Below, piece after piece: positions 1 through 9,710 of a stretch of 64,000 nucleotides of DNA (position 1 is the first letter of the stretch; each line of letters starts with the position of its first letter). A program made the position numbers and the translations under genes. Under the pieces are notes generated by a model. That model did not search any database, was not told the DNA's origin, and saw only the letters and a list, made by a program, of their open reading frames with translations. The DNA is from Candidatus Hydrogenedentota bacterium (GTDB lineage Bacteria > UBA8481 > J006). The stretch is taken from contig RFFU01000040.1 of assembly GCA_003697085.1 (NCBI GenBank), forward strand, positions 3,133 through 67,132. Direction: 5' to 3'.

Positions 1-776
1 TTGGTGGGAGGCGTCGGCGAGAAGGTGAACGTGAAACGGCCGTTACGAAGAGTGAGTCGGAGGCCGACGGGGAGGATTTCCTCGCCGTCCTCGAGAAAGT
101 CTTCAACACTCACGCTTTGATCAGGCAAACGGGTGAAAGCCGTTTCAAAGCGGCGGGCCTGCGTTTCGAGAATCGCTTTCAACATTTCGTCGAGGGGATG
201 ATTCCGCTTTTCGAGCGCCTCGAGTCTCTCGAAGCCGGCGTGGAGGGCGGCGGTTTGAGCCTGAAGGTCGGCGCGGCGTTCCCGCGGGTTCCGGCTCCGC
301 CGCGCGAATTCCTCGAGAAGCGAGTTCGAGAAGCGCGTGGGCGCGATCCGGAATCCTTCCTCCGCAATTTCCCTCGTTCCCGCCATCGAGCCGGGATGGA
401 GTCCTCCGACATCGGCGTGATGGGCGCGGACGGCGAGCCAAAGTCCCGCCTTCGCACGCGCCGCCAACGTGATGTCGGGAAGATGGGTTCCTCCCGCGAA
501 GGGGTCGTTGAGGATCAGAATTTCGCGCTCATCCGGCTCGAGCGCGCGGCAGGCTGCAACCGCAGTATCGATCGAGCCGAGGTGGACGGGGATGTGCGCC
601 GCTTGCGCCGCCACTTCGAGGCCGTGCTCCGTTTCGATCAATAACGCGCAGGAATAATCTCTTCGTGTCTTGATGTTGGGCGAATCCGCCGCTCGCCGCA
701 GTCGGTTCCCCATCTCCTCGCAGATTCCCGCCGCAATCTCGGCGTAAATCTCCATCCGTGCTTCCGAGACGATCAC
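1..776 (-). CDS. hyuB: N-methylhydantoinase B / hydantoinase B-oxoprolinase family (5' part; C-terminus lies beyond the window start)
   Basis: The minus frame reads (V)IVSEARMEIYAEIAAGICEEMGNRLRRAADSPNIKTRRDYSCALL...HIPVHLGSI. That matches the conserved HyuB N-terminus (EEMG...SPNIK...DYSCA) and its PVHLGS motif. GTG 776-774 overlaps the hyuA TGA stop (GTGA); ATG 755-753 is an alternative start. The plus-strand ORF 117..644 is antisense to this gene. Confidence 0.7.
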   Translation of the reverse strand, partial: MIVSEARMEIYAEIAAGICEEMGNRLRRAADSPNIKTRRDYSCALLIETEHGLEVAAQAAHIPVHLGSIDTAVAACRALEPDEREILILNDPFAGGTHLPDITLAARAKAGLWLAVRAHHADVGGLHPGSMAGTREIAEEGFRIAPTRFSNSLLEEFARRSRNPRERRADLQAQTAALHAGFERLEALEKRNHPLDEMLKAILETQARRFETAFTRLPDQSVSVEDFLEDGEEILPVGLRLTLRNGRFTFTFSPTPPT

Positions 777-2710
777 GAATCGATCCTTTCGAGCCGGAGG
801 TCGTTCCCCCAGAGGCCTCGGACCGAGATCGCCGTCCAATTCTCAGCGACGAAGACGGTGGTGTCGGAGGCGAGAATGACGGCGGGGCCGGGGACGGGAC
901 CGGCGATTTCGCCCCAGTCGTAAACCGGATACGCGATGTCATCGGAGAGGTCTCGAATTCGGCTTGCTTCGACGTCCTTTTCGATCGAAAAGCGCGGCGG
1001 TGCGGCCCCCTCGGCCTCCAGAAGAATGTCCTGAATGACAATCGGATCTTGACGGCGGTAACCGTGGAGCATTTCGTGAAGACGATGAAAAACGGATTCC
1101 GGCCCGGTCGATTCGTTCCAGGGAACAGGTATGGTACTCGATTGTCCGCGATAGCGGCAGAAGGCCGTTTTGCGGAATGTGGTTTCGGGGATCGGGCCGA
1201 GGTCGGAGAGGACGCGGCGTTCGAGGGATTTCCAGGGAAGGATCCCGGGATTGCGAACGGCATCGTTCCAGGAAACGAGGACGGATTTCCGTGCGAGGGA
1301 GCGAGGAGGAGCGGAGAGCATTCCAAGGGCGGAGAGGACGCCGGCTCCTTGCGGGATCAGGACCGTGCGGCAGCCGAGGGCGTCGGCGAGCGTGCAGGAA
1401 TGAAGCGGTCCCGCGCCGCCGAACGGGATCAATACGGCTTCCGCCGGATCGTAACCGGCCTCGACGGCGACGGCTCGGCAGGCACGGCTCATTCTTGCTT
1501 CGATCACCTCGAGCGCGATCGCGGCGGTTTCCTTCGGATTGAGTCCGAGAGGATGTCCGACCTTTGCCAGGGCGTTCTCGGAGAGTTCTCGTGAGAGCGT
1601 GAGACCGCCGGGGAGGCGGAGGCGCGGTATGTGTCCGAGAAGGAGGTGGCAGTCGGTGACGGTCGGCGGACCGCTTCGGCCGTAGCAAGCCGGGCCGGGA
1701 TCCGCTCCCGCGGATTCCGGACCGACGCGGATGGTACCGTCTTGGTTCCGGATAATGCTTCCCCCTCCGGCACCGATCGTCTCAACTCCGACACGTGTTC
1801 CTCCGACGAACCACCCTCCGACGGAGAGGGCGTCCCGGAGGGAGGTTCGTCCCTTCTCGATCAGGCAGAGGTCCGTGCTCGTGCCGCCCATATCGAAGGC
1901 GAGCGCGGTCGTGAGTTGATGATGGCGCGATACGGCCGCGGCGCCCGCCGCTCCGCCCGCGGGACCGGAAAGAAGGGTGCGTACTGGAAAGTCCGCCGCG
2001 GATTTCGGCCGGATGACACCGCCGTGAGAGGCGAGGATCGAGAAGCGTTTGGGTGAGGCGATCTCCCGTAAGTGACGGGCGAGTTTCGAAAAGAAGGGAC
2101 GGATTCGAGGAATCAACATCGCATTGATAACCGTTGTCATCGCCCGCTCGTACTCGTTCTGGACGGGCAGGACTTCGGAGGAAAGAACGATGGGACAGGT
2201 GAGTGGGAGAGAAGCGCGTAGGGCACATTCCACGGAATCGTCGAGGTGAGAGAAGAGGAGGCAGACGGCAAGGGATTCGAGATCGGGCGGAAGGCGCTTT
2301 CGGAGGGCGGCGATGTTTTCGGCGGCGAGGGTGTGACGGAAAGAATCAGAAACGGGGGGTATGTTGAATTCAAGGACCAAGTCGGGGGGGAGGGGAGGTT
2401 CGATCGGGCGCGGATGGAAATCGTAGAGCGCGGGGCGTTGCTGGCGACCGATCGAGAGCAGATCACGGAAGCCGCGGTTGGTAACGAGCGCGGTTCTTGC
2501 CAGCGAACGGGTGAGGACGGCGTTGGTGGCGACCGTCGTTCCGTAACGGATGTCGCTTCTCGAAGGGAGGCTTTCCGCGATGGCAAGGACGGGTTTTTCG
2601 GGAGCGTGAGGTTGAGAGGGGATTTTTGAAAGGTGCGCGGTTTTGTCCGGGCCGACGGAGACGACGTCGGTGAAGGTACCGCCGGTATCGATTCCCGTGA
2701 TCGTGGTCAT
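773..2710 (-). CDS. hyuA: N-methylhydantoinase A / hydantoinase A / oxoprolinase family
   Basis: The protein starts MTTITGIDTGGTFTDVV, the classic hydantoinase_A N-terminus. It continues with the FDMGGTSTD and GGGS motifs over about 645 aa. The start is placed at ATG 2710-2708; ORF 773..2860 extends further upstream, but the conserved N-terminus begins at M51. Confidence 0.85.
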   Translation of the reverse strand: MTTITGIDTGGTFTDVVSVGPDKTAHLSKIPSQPHAPEKPVLAIAESLPSRSDIRYGTTVATNAVLTRSLARTALVTNRGFRDLLSIGRQQRPALYDFHPRPIEPPLPPDLVLEFNIPPVSDSFRHTLAAENIAALRKRLPPDLESLAVCLLFSHLDDSVECALRASLPLTCPIVLSSEVLPVQNEYERAMTTVINAMLIPRIRPFFSKLARHLREIASPKRFSILASHGGVIRPKSAADFPVRTLLSGPAGGAAGAAAVSRHHQLTTALAFDMGGTSTDLCLIEKGRTSLRDALSVGGWFVGGTRVGVETIGAGGGSIIRNQDGTIRVGPESAGADPGPACYGRSGPPTVTDCHLLLGHIPRLRLPGGLTLSRELSENALAKVGHPLGLNPKETAAIALEVIEARMSRACRAVAVEAGYDPAEAVLIPFGGAGPLHSCTLADALGCRTVLIPQGAGVLSALGMLSAPPRSLARKSVLVSWNDAVRNPGILPWKSLERRVLSDLGPIPETTFRKTAFCRYRGQSSTIPVPWNESTGPESVFHRLHEMLHGYRRQDPIVIQDILLEAEGAAPPRFSIEKDVEASRIRDLSDDIAYPVYDWGEIAGPVPGPAVILASDTTVFVAENWTAISVRGLWGNDLRLERIDS

Positions 2711-3106
2711 AGAAGGTACGGTATGAAGAACGGAGGAGTGAATCAAGCCGATGCAGCGCGTTTGGGGAGGAAGCGGGGGATTAGCTGGAGCGCGGACTTT
2801 CTTGTCTGCAGATTGCCGATCCACCCGTGGTGTCATTCCGGGGAGGCCGGAGGCCGACAAGGAATCCCCCAGAAGTGTTAGCGCCCGCGTTATTCTCCCT
2901 CACCGGTGCAGGGACCTTCCTGCCGCGACGCATCACAGCGCAGGCAGGGACGGGTGGGGACGAGGGGTAGGAGATTGCCGCCTCCGCGGGACACCGCGTG
3001 GCGGCAATTCCAGGGCTCGAACGCACCTTGGAACGACAAGGGGTTCGTCCTGGGAGGCGGAAGGATTTGTTCAAGATTGGAAGGAAAAAGGCCGAGAAGA
3101 AATACG

Positions 3107-3352
3107 ATGATACGTGTCACGAGGATTAATGATAAGGAGTTCTGGATTGCGAGCGAGCAGATCGAATCGGTGGAAGCGACACCGGACACAGTGGTGACAC
3201 TGTTGTCGGGAAAGAAGGTGATCGTCAAAGAAAGTCCGGAGGAGATCCGGCGCCGGATCATCGAGTACCGAGGGATGGTGATTCGGGAGGGAGCAAAAGT
3301 TGTGGAAAACTCGGGGAAAGAAAGTTCGGGCCCCGAGGAGGGAGACATTTGA
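3107..3352 (+). CDS. flbD: flagellar protein FlbD
   Basis: MIRVTRINDKEFWIASEQIESVEATPDTVVTLLSGKKVIVKESPEEIRRRIIEYRG is the FlbD family signature. The RBS ggaaggaaaaag lies upstream. It sits directly before motA, as in fla/che-type operons. Confidence 0.8.
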   Translation: MIRVTRINDKEFWIASEQIESVEATPDTVVTLLSGKKVIVKESPEEIRRRIIEYRGMVIREGAKVVENSGKESSGPEEGDI

Positions 3353-3429
3353 CGGGAAGGTGTGAAAGCGTTTAGTGTAGCGTTGCCTGGCATATTGTAA
3401 GGAACGCAGTTGAGATGCAGTAAGGGTGG

Positions 3430-4212
3430 TTGAACGTGGATCCATTTTACATAGTTTCATTGATCTTCGGTGTGGGTTCGATCGTTGTGATGACGATCCT
3501 ATCGGCCCACGGTGACGTCAGGAACTTCATCGACATTGCATCGGTTTTCTGCACCGTCGGAGGAACGACGGTCGCGACACTGATTTCCACGCATTACAAG
3601 AATTACAAGAAGGTCTGGCAGTTGGCGGTGATCGGAGCGAAGCCGCCGAAGGAGAACCCCCGGGACATCATTCCGACTTTGGTTTCGTTCGCGGAGAAGG
3701 CGCGGCGGGAGGGGCTTTTGGCTTTGGAGGACAACATCGAGGAATTGGACGACGAATTCCTGAAGAAAGGGATTCAGTTGGTCGTGGACGGAACGGATCC
3801 GGAGTTGGTGAAAGCGATCATGAACACGGAGTTGAACGCGCTGGCGACGCGGCATGAAGCGGCGAACAAGATTTATCGAGACATGGCGGCGTTGGCTCCG
3901 GCCTGGGGAATGATCGGCACGCTGATCGGACTCGTTTTGATGTTGAAAAATCTTTCGGATCCGTCTCAGATCGGACAGGGCATGGCGACGGCCTTGATCA
4001 CAACATTTTACGGAGCGGTTCTGGCGAACGGGGTCTTCAGCCCGGTCGCGAACCGTCTGGAGGAATACTCGCGGGTGGAGTATACTACGAAAGAGGTGAT
4101 GATCGAGGGTATGTTATCGATTCAGTCCGGAGACAACCCGCGGATCGTGGAAGAGAAATTGTTGGCGTTTCTGTCGCCGGCGGAGCGCCGGCAGGCGCGG
4201 CAATCGCGCTGA
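3430..4212 (+). CDS. motA: flagellar motor stator protein MotA
   Basis: 260 aa with four predicted TM segments. The conserved MotA C-terminal region is present: AAMAPAWGMIGTLIGLV...GMATALITTFYGAVLAN. Start is TTG 3430 or GTG 3436. Confidence 0.9.
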   Translation: MNVDPFYIVSLIFGVGSIVVMTILSAHGDVRNFIDIASVFCTVGGTTVATLISTHYKNYKKVWQLAVIGAKPPKENPRDIIPTLVSFAEKARREGLLALEDNIEELDDEFLKKGIQLVVDGTDPELVKAIMNTELNALATRHEAANKIYRDMAALAPAWGMIGTLIGLVLMLKNLSDPSQIGQGMATALITTFYGAVLANGVFSPVANRLEEYSRVEYTTKEVMIEGMLSIQSGDNPRIVEEKLLAFLSPAERRQARQSR

Positions 4213-4952
4213 TGCCGCCGCCGAAGAAATGTCCGGATCCCGGAGCCCCCGCATGGATGTTGACCTTCGGCGATATGAACACGCTTCTTTTGACCTTCTT
4301 CGTCTTTCTGATCACGACGATGACCGTGGATATCAAGAAATTCAATCTCGTTCTTTCCGCCTTCCAGGGGGCGATCGGTGTTATGGAGCAAGGAAAGAGC
4401 ATCAACTTGACGCGGGAAGAACTGATGAACATGGGGCAGAAGACGGAGAGGCTGGGCCAACAAAAACAGATCGTGCGGCCGACCCAAGAGGTCCAGCAGA
4501 TTCTCGGGTGGATATCGAAGAACTTCAAGAAGAAGGAAGTGCAGGTCCAGATCACGGAGCGGGGTTTCAAGATTCTTTTGACGGACGAGGCGATCTTCGA
4601 GCGTGGATCGGATCGCCTTACGCCGGACGCGCGGAATCTCGTCGGGCGGATCGCGTACTTCCTGAACACGGTCGTGCCGCGCGACAATTTGCGCGTGGAG
4701 GGGCACACGGACGACGTGCCGATCGAGGGAGCGCGGGGGTTTCGAAGCAATCTGGTGTTATCGGCGGCGCGGGCGGCACGGGTTTACGAGGCGTTGGAGA
4801 ATTTCGGCGTGCGGCCTGAGCGGATGTCGATCGCGGGATACGGAGCAATGCGGCCAGTGAAGCGCCGGGAGGGGGAGAGCATCGAGGCCTGGCGAGCGCG
4901 GAACCGCCGGGTGGAAATCGTGGTTTTATGGAGGCAGGGAGAAAGTGGCTGA
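4212..4952 (+). CDS. motB: flagellar motor stator protein MotB (OmpA-like peptidoglycan-binding C-terminus)
   Basis: N-terminal TM (WMLTFGDMNTLLLTFFVFLI) followed by an OmpA_C-like segment (RVEGHTDDVPI...NLVLSAARAARVYEAL...NRRVEIVV). The ATG overlaps the motA stop. Confidence 0.9.
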   Translation: MPPPKKCPDPGAPAWMLTFGDMNTLLLTFFVFLITTMTVDIKKFNLVLSAFQGAIGVMEQGKSINLTREELMNMGQKTERLGQQKQIVRPTQEVQQILGWISKNFKKKEVQVQITERGFKILLTDEAIFERGSDRLTPDARNLVGRIAYFLNTVVPRDNLRVEGHTDDVPIEGARGFRSNLVLSAARAARVYEALENFGVRPERMSIAGYGAMRPVKRREGESIEAWRARNRRVEIVVLWRQGESG

Positions 4953-5493
4953 GGAAGAGGCGGTAGAGGCGCAGGAAAGCACGGCAAAGCGGGAATCGCT
5001 TCTGGAGTCGAAGGGGGTCCGCTTGGCTCTGGGGATATTGGCGATCGTCGTTCTGGTTGCCATCGTGGTAGGGATCGCCTACGTGGTGGCGAAGAAGGTC
5101 GGCCTGGACCAACGCTCCACGGGGTCGGTGATCCGGCAAGAAAAGGAAGAGATTCAGCCTCCCCCGGAGGTGTCCGATCTGGGAACCTTCACCACGGTCC
5201 TCTTCGACGAGGGGGGGCGGCCGTACAGTATGAAGATCCACGTGAAGATCGCCGTCAATTCGGATCGTCCTGATAAGCCGGAGGTGACACGGGAGATTTC
5301 CGAACGAAGCGACCAGTTGACGGATGCCGTCTACGAGGTGCTTTCGGCGACGAATCCGAAGAATTTCATCGGCGGGCCGAACAAACTCCAGCAGGGGTAC
5401 AAGGAATTGCGGGCCAGTCTCAAGAAGGCGATCAATTCGCGGATGAAGCACAAGGTCGATGACGTTTTGCTTGTGGAGCGTGTGATCCAGTGA
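4945..5493 (+). CDS. fliL: flagellar basal body-associated protein FliL
   Basis: Single N-terminal TM (LALGILAIVVLVAIVVGIAYVV) and the FliL C-terminal pattern (FTTVLFDEGGRPYSMKIHVKIAV...LLVERVIQ). GTG start with an RBS ggaggcagggag. Confidence 0.85.
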   Translation: MAEEEAVEAQESTAKRESLLESKGVRLALGILAIVVLVAIVVGIAYVVAKKVGLDQRSTGSVIRQEKEEIQPPPEVSDLGTFTTVLFDEGGRPYSMKIHVKIAVNSDRPDKPEVTREISERSDQLTDAVYEVLSATNPKNFIGGPNKLQQGYKELRASLKKAINSRMKHKVDDVLLVERVIQ

Positions 5494-6602
5494 CGGAGGT
5501 TCTTTCTCAGGAGGAGATCGACGCCCTTCTGACGGCGATCTCGACGGGGGACATCGAGACGGAGGCGCCGGCGGCGGGCACGGGCGCTCCCGCCGCGGCC
5601 GAAGTGTCACTCGGCGGGCCGGCCGTGACGCCTTCCCCGACGGCGAAGGCGGCCCAACGGCATCGCAGAATCAAAATCTACGACTTCAAACGGCCGGATA
5701 AGTTTTCGAAGGACCAAATTCGAACGCTGCAGATGATGCACGAGGCGTTCGCTCGGTTGGCCACCACCGCTCTCTCGGCGCGCCTGAGGACGCTCGTGGG
5801 GGTCCACGTCTCCAGCGTGGATCAGTTGACGTACGAAGAGTTCATCAAGTCGATTCCGAACCCGACCACCTTGGCGGTGGTGGATATGAGCCCGTTGAAA
5901 GGGAGCGCGGTTCTCGAGATGGATCCGGCGATCACCTTCTCGATGATCGACCGTCTCTTCGGGGGCAAGGGGAAGCCGGTGAATTTGAACCGAGAGATGA
6001 CGGACATCGAGCGGGGGGTGATCGAGCGGATCATACTGAGAATTCTGAACGATTTGAAAGAGGCCTGGGCGAACGTGGTCGATCTTCGGCCGCGCCTGGC
6101 GACCTTCGAGTCGAATCCGCAGTTTGTTCAGATCGTCCCTCCGAACGATATGACTGTTTTGATCACATTGGAGACGCGGGTCGGAGAGGTCGAGGGATTG
6201 ACGAACCTCTGTATTCCGTACATCACATTGGAGCCGATTATCACGAAACTCTCGGCCCAATATTGGTATTCCTCGATCCGGCGCGGCAAGGCCACCGACT
6301 CGCTCGACTCCATCAAGGGGCGCCTGGCGCGCACGCCGATCCCTGTCGTCGGAGTCTTGGGATCCACGACGATCACGATGCGGGAGTTGATGAGTTTGAA
6401 GGTCGGCGATGTCTTGAAATTGGATCAGCCCATTACGGCTGAGGCTTCGGTGCGGGTCCACAACCGGAGGAAGTTTCAGGGGAGAGTCGGAATATCGGGC
6501 CGGAAGATGGCGATTCAGATTACGCGCCTGGTGGAGGATCTCTATTCGGACGAGATGGTCTTCAAGAAGGGCGGGAAGCGAGGTGAGGCGAAGTATGGCT
6601 GA
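5490..6602 (+). CDS. fliM: flagellar motor switch protein FliM
   Basis: N-terminal LSQEEIDALL CheY-binding motif, FliM middle domain, and a C-terminal SpoA (FliN-like) domain. The GTG overlaps the fliL TGA (GTGA). Confidence 0.9.
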   Translation: MTEVLSQEEIDALLTAISTGDIETEAPAAGTGAPAAAEVSLGGPAVTPSPTAKAAQRHRRIKIYDFKRPDKFSKDQIRTLQMMHEAFARLATTALSARLRTLVGVHVSSVDQLTYEEFIKSIPNPTTLAVVDMSPLKGSAVLEMDPAITFSMIDRLFGGKGKPVNLNREMTDIERGVIERIILRILNDLKEAWANVVDLRPRLATFESNPQFVQIVPPNDMTVLITLETRVGEVEGLTNLCIPYITLEPIITKLSAQYWYSSIRRGKATDSLDSIKGRLARTPIPVVGVLGSTTITMRELMSLKVGDVLKLDQPITAEASVRVHNRRKFQGRVGISGRKMAIQITRLVEDLYSDEMVFKKGGKRGEAKYG

Positions 6603-7716
6603 GGGAATGTTGACACAGGAAGAGATTGACGCGTTGCTTTCGGGCGCGGCGCTGGACGACACCGATTCGACCGCCGGTGTGACATCGCCGGGGGGCGGGA
6701 CGACCGCGCCGGCCGCGGCTCCGGCGGCTCAGGCTTCCCCCGGAGGCGCGTTGGATGGAGAGAGTCTCAAGGCGCTCGGAGAACGTCTCAAGCAATGTAT
6801 GGCCTCGGCCGGTGAGACGGCCTCGACCCTGATCGGAAAGCCGATCACGCTGACGCCGATTTCCGTCGATATGCTCGATGACGACGGCCTGAGTGCGGTA
6901 TTGCCGCCGGATTCGGTGGGGTTCGAGTTTTCCTTGAGTGGTGGTTTGACAGGGCCGGCGGCGGTCGTTTTGAGTCGTCCGGAAGCGGCGGTCATCGCCG
7001 CCACGCTGATGGGCTCGTCGGAAATCCCCGAAGGCGACCTCGACGAACTGCACCAACAGGCGGCGAAGGAAGGCGTAACCCATCTCGTCAATGCTCTGAC
7101 GACGGCGATGGGACGGGAACTGCTTTCGGATGTACAGGCGGGCGAGATTTCGATCCGTGCCAACGCCGGGTCTCCGCCTCCGTTGGCGGGCAGCGGCTTG
7201 CGCGCCGTCGCGCAGTACAGCCTCGAGATCGAGGGAGGGGGTTCGGGGATGCTGGCGTTGGTGATGGATTCCGGCAGCGCGCGGAAACTCAGCGGGGTCC
7301 AGGAGAAGCCGCTCGTTCAGGTTGTGTCGGAGCCCGCGGGGGCGCCGGCGGCGACATCCGGAGCGGGAGCGACCGGCGCGGCGGGAGCGGGAGGCGGAGT
7401 CGCTGTCCAGCAGGTTCAGTTTCCCGCGTTGACCCCATCGTTGACGGAAGGTCAGCAGAAGAACATCGAGATTCTTCTCGATGTCTCGATGCAGGTGACG
7501 GTGGAATTGGGGCGGACGACGATGATGATCCGCGACATACTCGAGCTGGGAACGGGTTCGATCATCGAGTTGGACAAATTGGCGGGCGAGCCCGTGGATC
7601 TTCTGGTGAACAACAAGTTGATCGCGCGCGGTGAGGTCGTGGTGATCGACGAGAATTTCGGTGTTCGGGTGACGGACATCGTCAGTCCCTTGGAGAGGAT
7701 CAAGGGGTTGCAGTAG
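6595..7716 (+). CDS. fliY: flagellar motor switch protein FliY/FliN: FliN C-terminal SpoA domain with a long N-terminal, possibly CheC-like, extension
   Basis: N-terminal MLTQEEIDALLSG. The C-terminus (IEILLDVSMQVTVELGRTTMMIRDILELGTGSIIELDKLAGEPVDLLVNNKLIARGEVVVIDENFGVRVTDIV) is a canonical FliN/SpoA domain. The 377-aa length is typical of FliY rather than short FliN. ATG 6595 sits just before the fliM TGA; ATG 6607 is an alternative. Confidence 0.85.
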   Translation: MAEGMLTQEEIDALLSGAALDDTDSTAGVTSPGGGTTAPAAAPAAQASPGGALDGESLKALGERLKQCMASAGETASTLIGKPITLTPISVDMLDDDGLSAVLPPDSVGFEFSLSGGLTGPAAVVLSRPEAAVIAATLMGSSEIPEGDLDELHQQAAKEGVTHLVNALTTAMGRELLSDVQAGEISIRANAGSPPPLAGSGLRAVAQYSLEIEGGGSGMLALVMDSGSARKLSGVQEKPLVQVVSEPAGAPAATSGAGATGAAGAGGGVAVQQVQFPALTPSLTEGQQKNIEILLDVSMQVTVELGRTTMMIRDILELGTGSIIELDKLAGEPVDLLVNNKLIARGEVVVIDENFGVRVTDIVSPLERIKGLQ

Positions 7717-7720
7717 AAGG

Positions 7721-8446
7721 ATGAGGTTTCCGGGAGGGGAGATGAGAGAACGAGCCGTAGTTGTGGGAGCAGCGGTGGTGGTTTCGCTGGTCTTGGCGGG
7801 GGGGATTTCGCTGCCCGTCGCCGCCGCATCCTTTCGGCGTGGTATCGACGACTCTTTTTTCCGTCCGGGCGGGGCCTTGGACGAAGCGGGCGGAACGCCT
7901 TCGGCCGCCGCGGAGGCGAATCCCGCGGCTCCAACCGTGCGGCGCGCCGCAAAGGATCTTCTTGTCGAGACGCTGAAGATGACCGGGGCGCTTCTCTTCG
8001 TGATTGCGCTGATCTTCGCTACATCACGTTTCTTGCGAAAAGGACGACTGCCGTTCTTTCGGGACGGCCTGATTCGCCGGATCGCGGCCGAGCCTCTTTC
8101 GGGGAACAATTTTCTTCACGTGGTCGAGATTGGAGGAAAGGTTCTCGTCTTGAGTGTCGGAGAGAAGGGTGTGGGCAAGATTGCGGAGTTGGAAGGGGAA
8201 GCGGCGGATCGCGTGAAGTTATGGGATTCCCGCCGGGAAGGCGAGGGGCGGGGCGGAGGCGAGGAGAGCGCCCGGCCTACGGTACCGCGCGAATCCTTTC
8301 GGCGGGCGCTTTCGCGGTTTATCGAGCCGGAAGAGGTGCCGAGAAGTGCGACGGCTCGAAACCCGCTTTCGGACGCCGCAGTGTTTCTCGAGCGGGAGCG
8401 GGAACGTTTGGCGGGTCTGGGTTGGAGGGAGGTGAGGCCGAGATAG
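7721..8446 (+). CDS. fliO: flagellar biosynthesis protein FliO/FliZ family
   Basis: N-terminal TM, then the motif FRDGLIRRIAAEPLSGNNFLHVVEIGGKVLVLSVGEKGVGKIAELEGE. This resembles the FliO/FliZ core (L..ERR.LGP..SLYLV.VGG..LLLGVTD..V.LL.EL). It is positioned before fliP. ATG 7742 is a possible alternative start. Confidence 0.6.
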   Translation: MRFPGGEMRERAVVVGAAVVVSLVLAGGISLPVAAASFRRGIDDSFFRPGGALDEAGGTPSAAAEANPAAPTVRRAAKDLLVETLKMTGALLFVIALIFATSRFLRKGRLPFFRDGLIRRIAAEPLSGNNFLHVVEIGGKVLVLSVGEKGVGKIAELEGEAADRVKLWDSRREGEGRGGGEESARPTVPRESFRRALSRFIEPEEVPRSATARNPLSDAAVFLERERERLAGLGWREVRPR

Positions 8447-8590
8447 ACAAATTTTTTCGTTGAGTAGGATTCCGCGGATATTCCTTTCGAATGACGAAAG
8501 GCCCGCGGGGCCGGTCGGGTCAAGAGAGAGAGGCCGAAACCGGCGGTTGAGAACGCGGATGCAATACAGCAAGAAACACGGGAGGGTACG

Positions 8591-9430
8591 ATGGCAAAAA
8601 GGGAGGGAGAAAATTCGGTGATCTCCGCGGGTCGGGAGGAACGGTCCGGCTTGCGGAATTGGGGAAGAAAGAGTCTTCTTTCGATGGTTTTGATCGCCGT
8701 TTTCAGCACGGCGGTTGCGGCGGCGCTGCCTCATAAACCATCCCCGCCCTACGTGGCGCCTCTGCCAAAGATCACGTTCCTCCAGGGAACTGACAATCCG
8801 GAAGACGTCACCTTAGCCTTGAAATTCCTCTTCCTTCTGACGTTTTTCGCGGTGGCACCGTCGTTCGTCTTGATGACGACCTGTTACACGCGGATTGTGA
8901 TCATCCTTTCCTTCGTGCGGCGGGCCATGGGGACGCAGGATCTTCCTCCGACCCAGGTGACGTTGGCCCTGGCGCTCTTTCTTTCCTTCTTTGTCATGGC
9001 GCCGACGATCAAGGAGATCAAGGAGAAGGCCTGGGATCCTTACCAGGCGAAGCAGATCACGACCGTCGAGGCTTACGAAGCGGCGATCGGGCCGGTAAGG
9101 CGTTTTATGTTGAAGGAGACGCGCCCGAAGGACCTGGCGCTCTTCATCCGGATGTCCGGTCTTCCACGGCCGCGTAACGTCGATGACGTTCCGACGTACA
9201 TAATCGTTCCTTCCTTTATCGTGTCCGAACTGACGACGGCTTTCCTGATGGGAGTCTATATCTTCCTGCCGTTTCTCGTGATCGATATGGTCGTCGCTTC
9301 GACATTGATGTCGATGGGAATGATCATGCTTCCGCCGGTGATGATCAGCCTTCCCTTCAAGATTCTTCTCTTCGTTCTCGTAGACGGCTGGAACCTGATT
9401 GCGCTCAGCGCGGTCAAATCGTTCGGATAG
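8591..9430 (+). CDS. fliP: flagellar type III export apparatus protein FliP
   Basis: Strong FliP motifs: LMTTCYTRIVIILSFVRRAMGTQDLPPTQVTLALALFLSFFVMAP...FLMGVYIFLPFLVIDMVVASTLMSMGMIMLPP. Good RBS (gggagggtacgATG). ATG 8684 is an alternative start. Confidence 0.9.
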   Translation: MAKREGENSVISAGREERSGLRNWGRKSLLSMVLIAVFSTAVAAALPHKPSPPYVAPLPKITFLQGTDNPEDVTLALKFLFLLTFFAVAPSFVLMTTCYTRIVIILSFVRRAMGTQDLPPTQVTLALALFLSFFVMAPTIKEIKEKAWDPYQAKQITTVEAYEAAIGPVRRFMLKETRPKDLALFIRMSGLPRPRNVDDVPTYIIVPSFIVSELTTAFLMGVYIFLPFLVIDMVVASTLMSMGMIMLPPVMISLPFKILLFVLVDGWNLIALSAVKSFG

Positions 9431-9440
9431 GAGAGATTCG

Positions 9441-9710
9441 ATGACGCAGCACATGGCGGTGGATCTGACGCGGGATGTTCTCACAATGACGATCATCATC
9501 GCTTCTCCGATGCTGGTCATCGGCCTCATCGTGGGCCTGATGATCTCCATCATCCAAACGACGACCTCCATTCAGGAGCAGACACTGACCTTCGTTCCGA
9601 AACTCTTCGCGATTCTCATTTCGGTTGCGATCTTTGGACCGTGGATGATCCGTATGATGACCGAATATGTTACGCTGTTGATCACAACGATGTCGCGGGT
9701 GGCGCCGTGA
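9441..9710 (+). CDS. fliQ: flagellar type III export apparatus protein FliQ
   Basis: 89 aa. MTQHMAVDLTRDVLTMTIIIASPMLVIGLIVGLMISIIQTTTSIQEQTLTFVPKLFAILISV fits FliQ. RBS aggagag precedes ATG 9441. ORF 9399.. includes an upstream extension. Confidence 0.85.
   Translation: MTQHMAVDLTRDVLTMTIIIASPMLVIGLIVGLMISIIQTTTSIQEQTLTFVPKLFAILISVAIFGPWMIRMMTEYVTLLITTMSRVAP

Noticed and set aside
117-644. 175-aa plus-strand ORF at the window start
   Set aside because: It is antisense to the hyuB coding frame, which shows clear HyuB motifs (PVHLGS). Long antisense ORFs are expected at this GC content.
3060-3100. Sigma-28-like promoter (TCAAGATT-N12-GCCGAGAA) upstream of flbD
   Set aside because: The -10-like GCCGAGAA ends only 8 nt before the ATG and overlaps the flbD RBS (ggaaggaaaaag). 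A TSS there would remove the RBS. The match is 7/8 and 5/8 with non-canonical spacing.
6562-8109. 515-aa minus-strand ORF
   Set aside because: It is antisense to fliY/fliO, Arg/Pro-rich and compositionally artefactual. The plus strand carries unmistakable FliN and FliO motifs.
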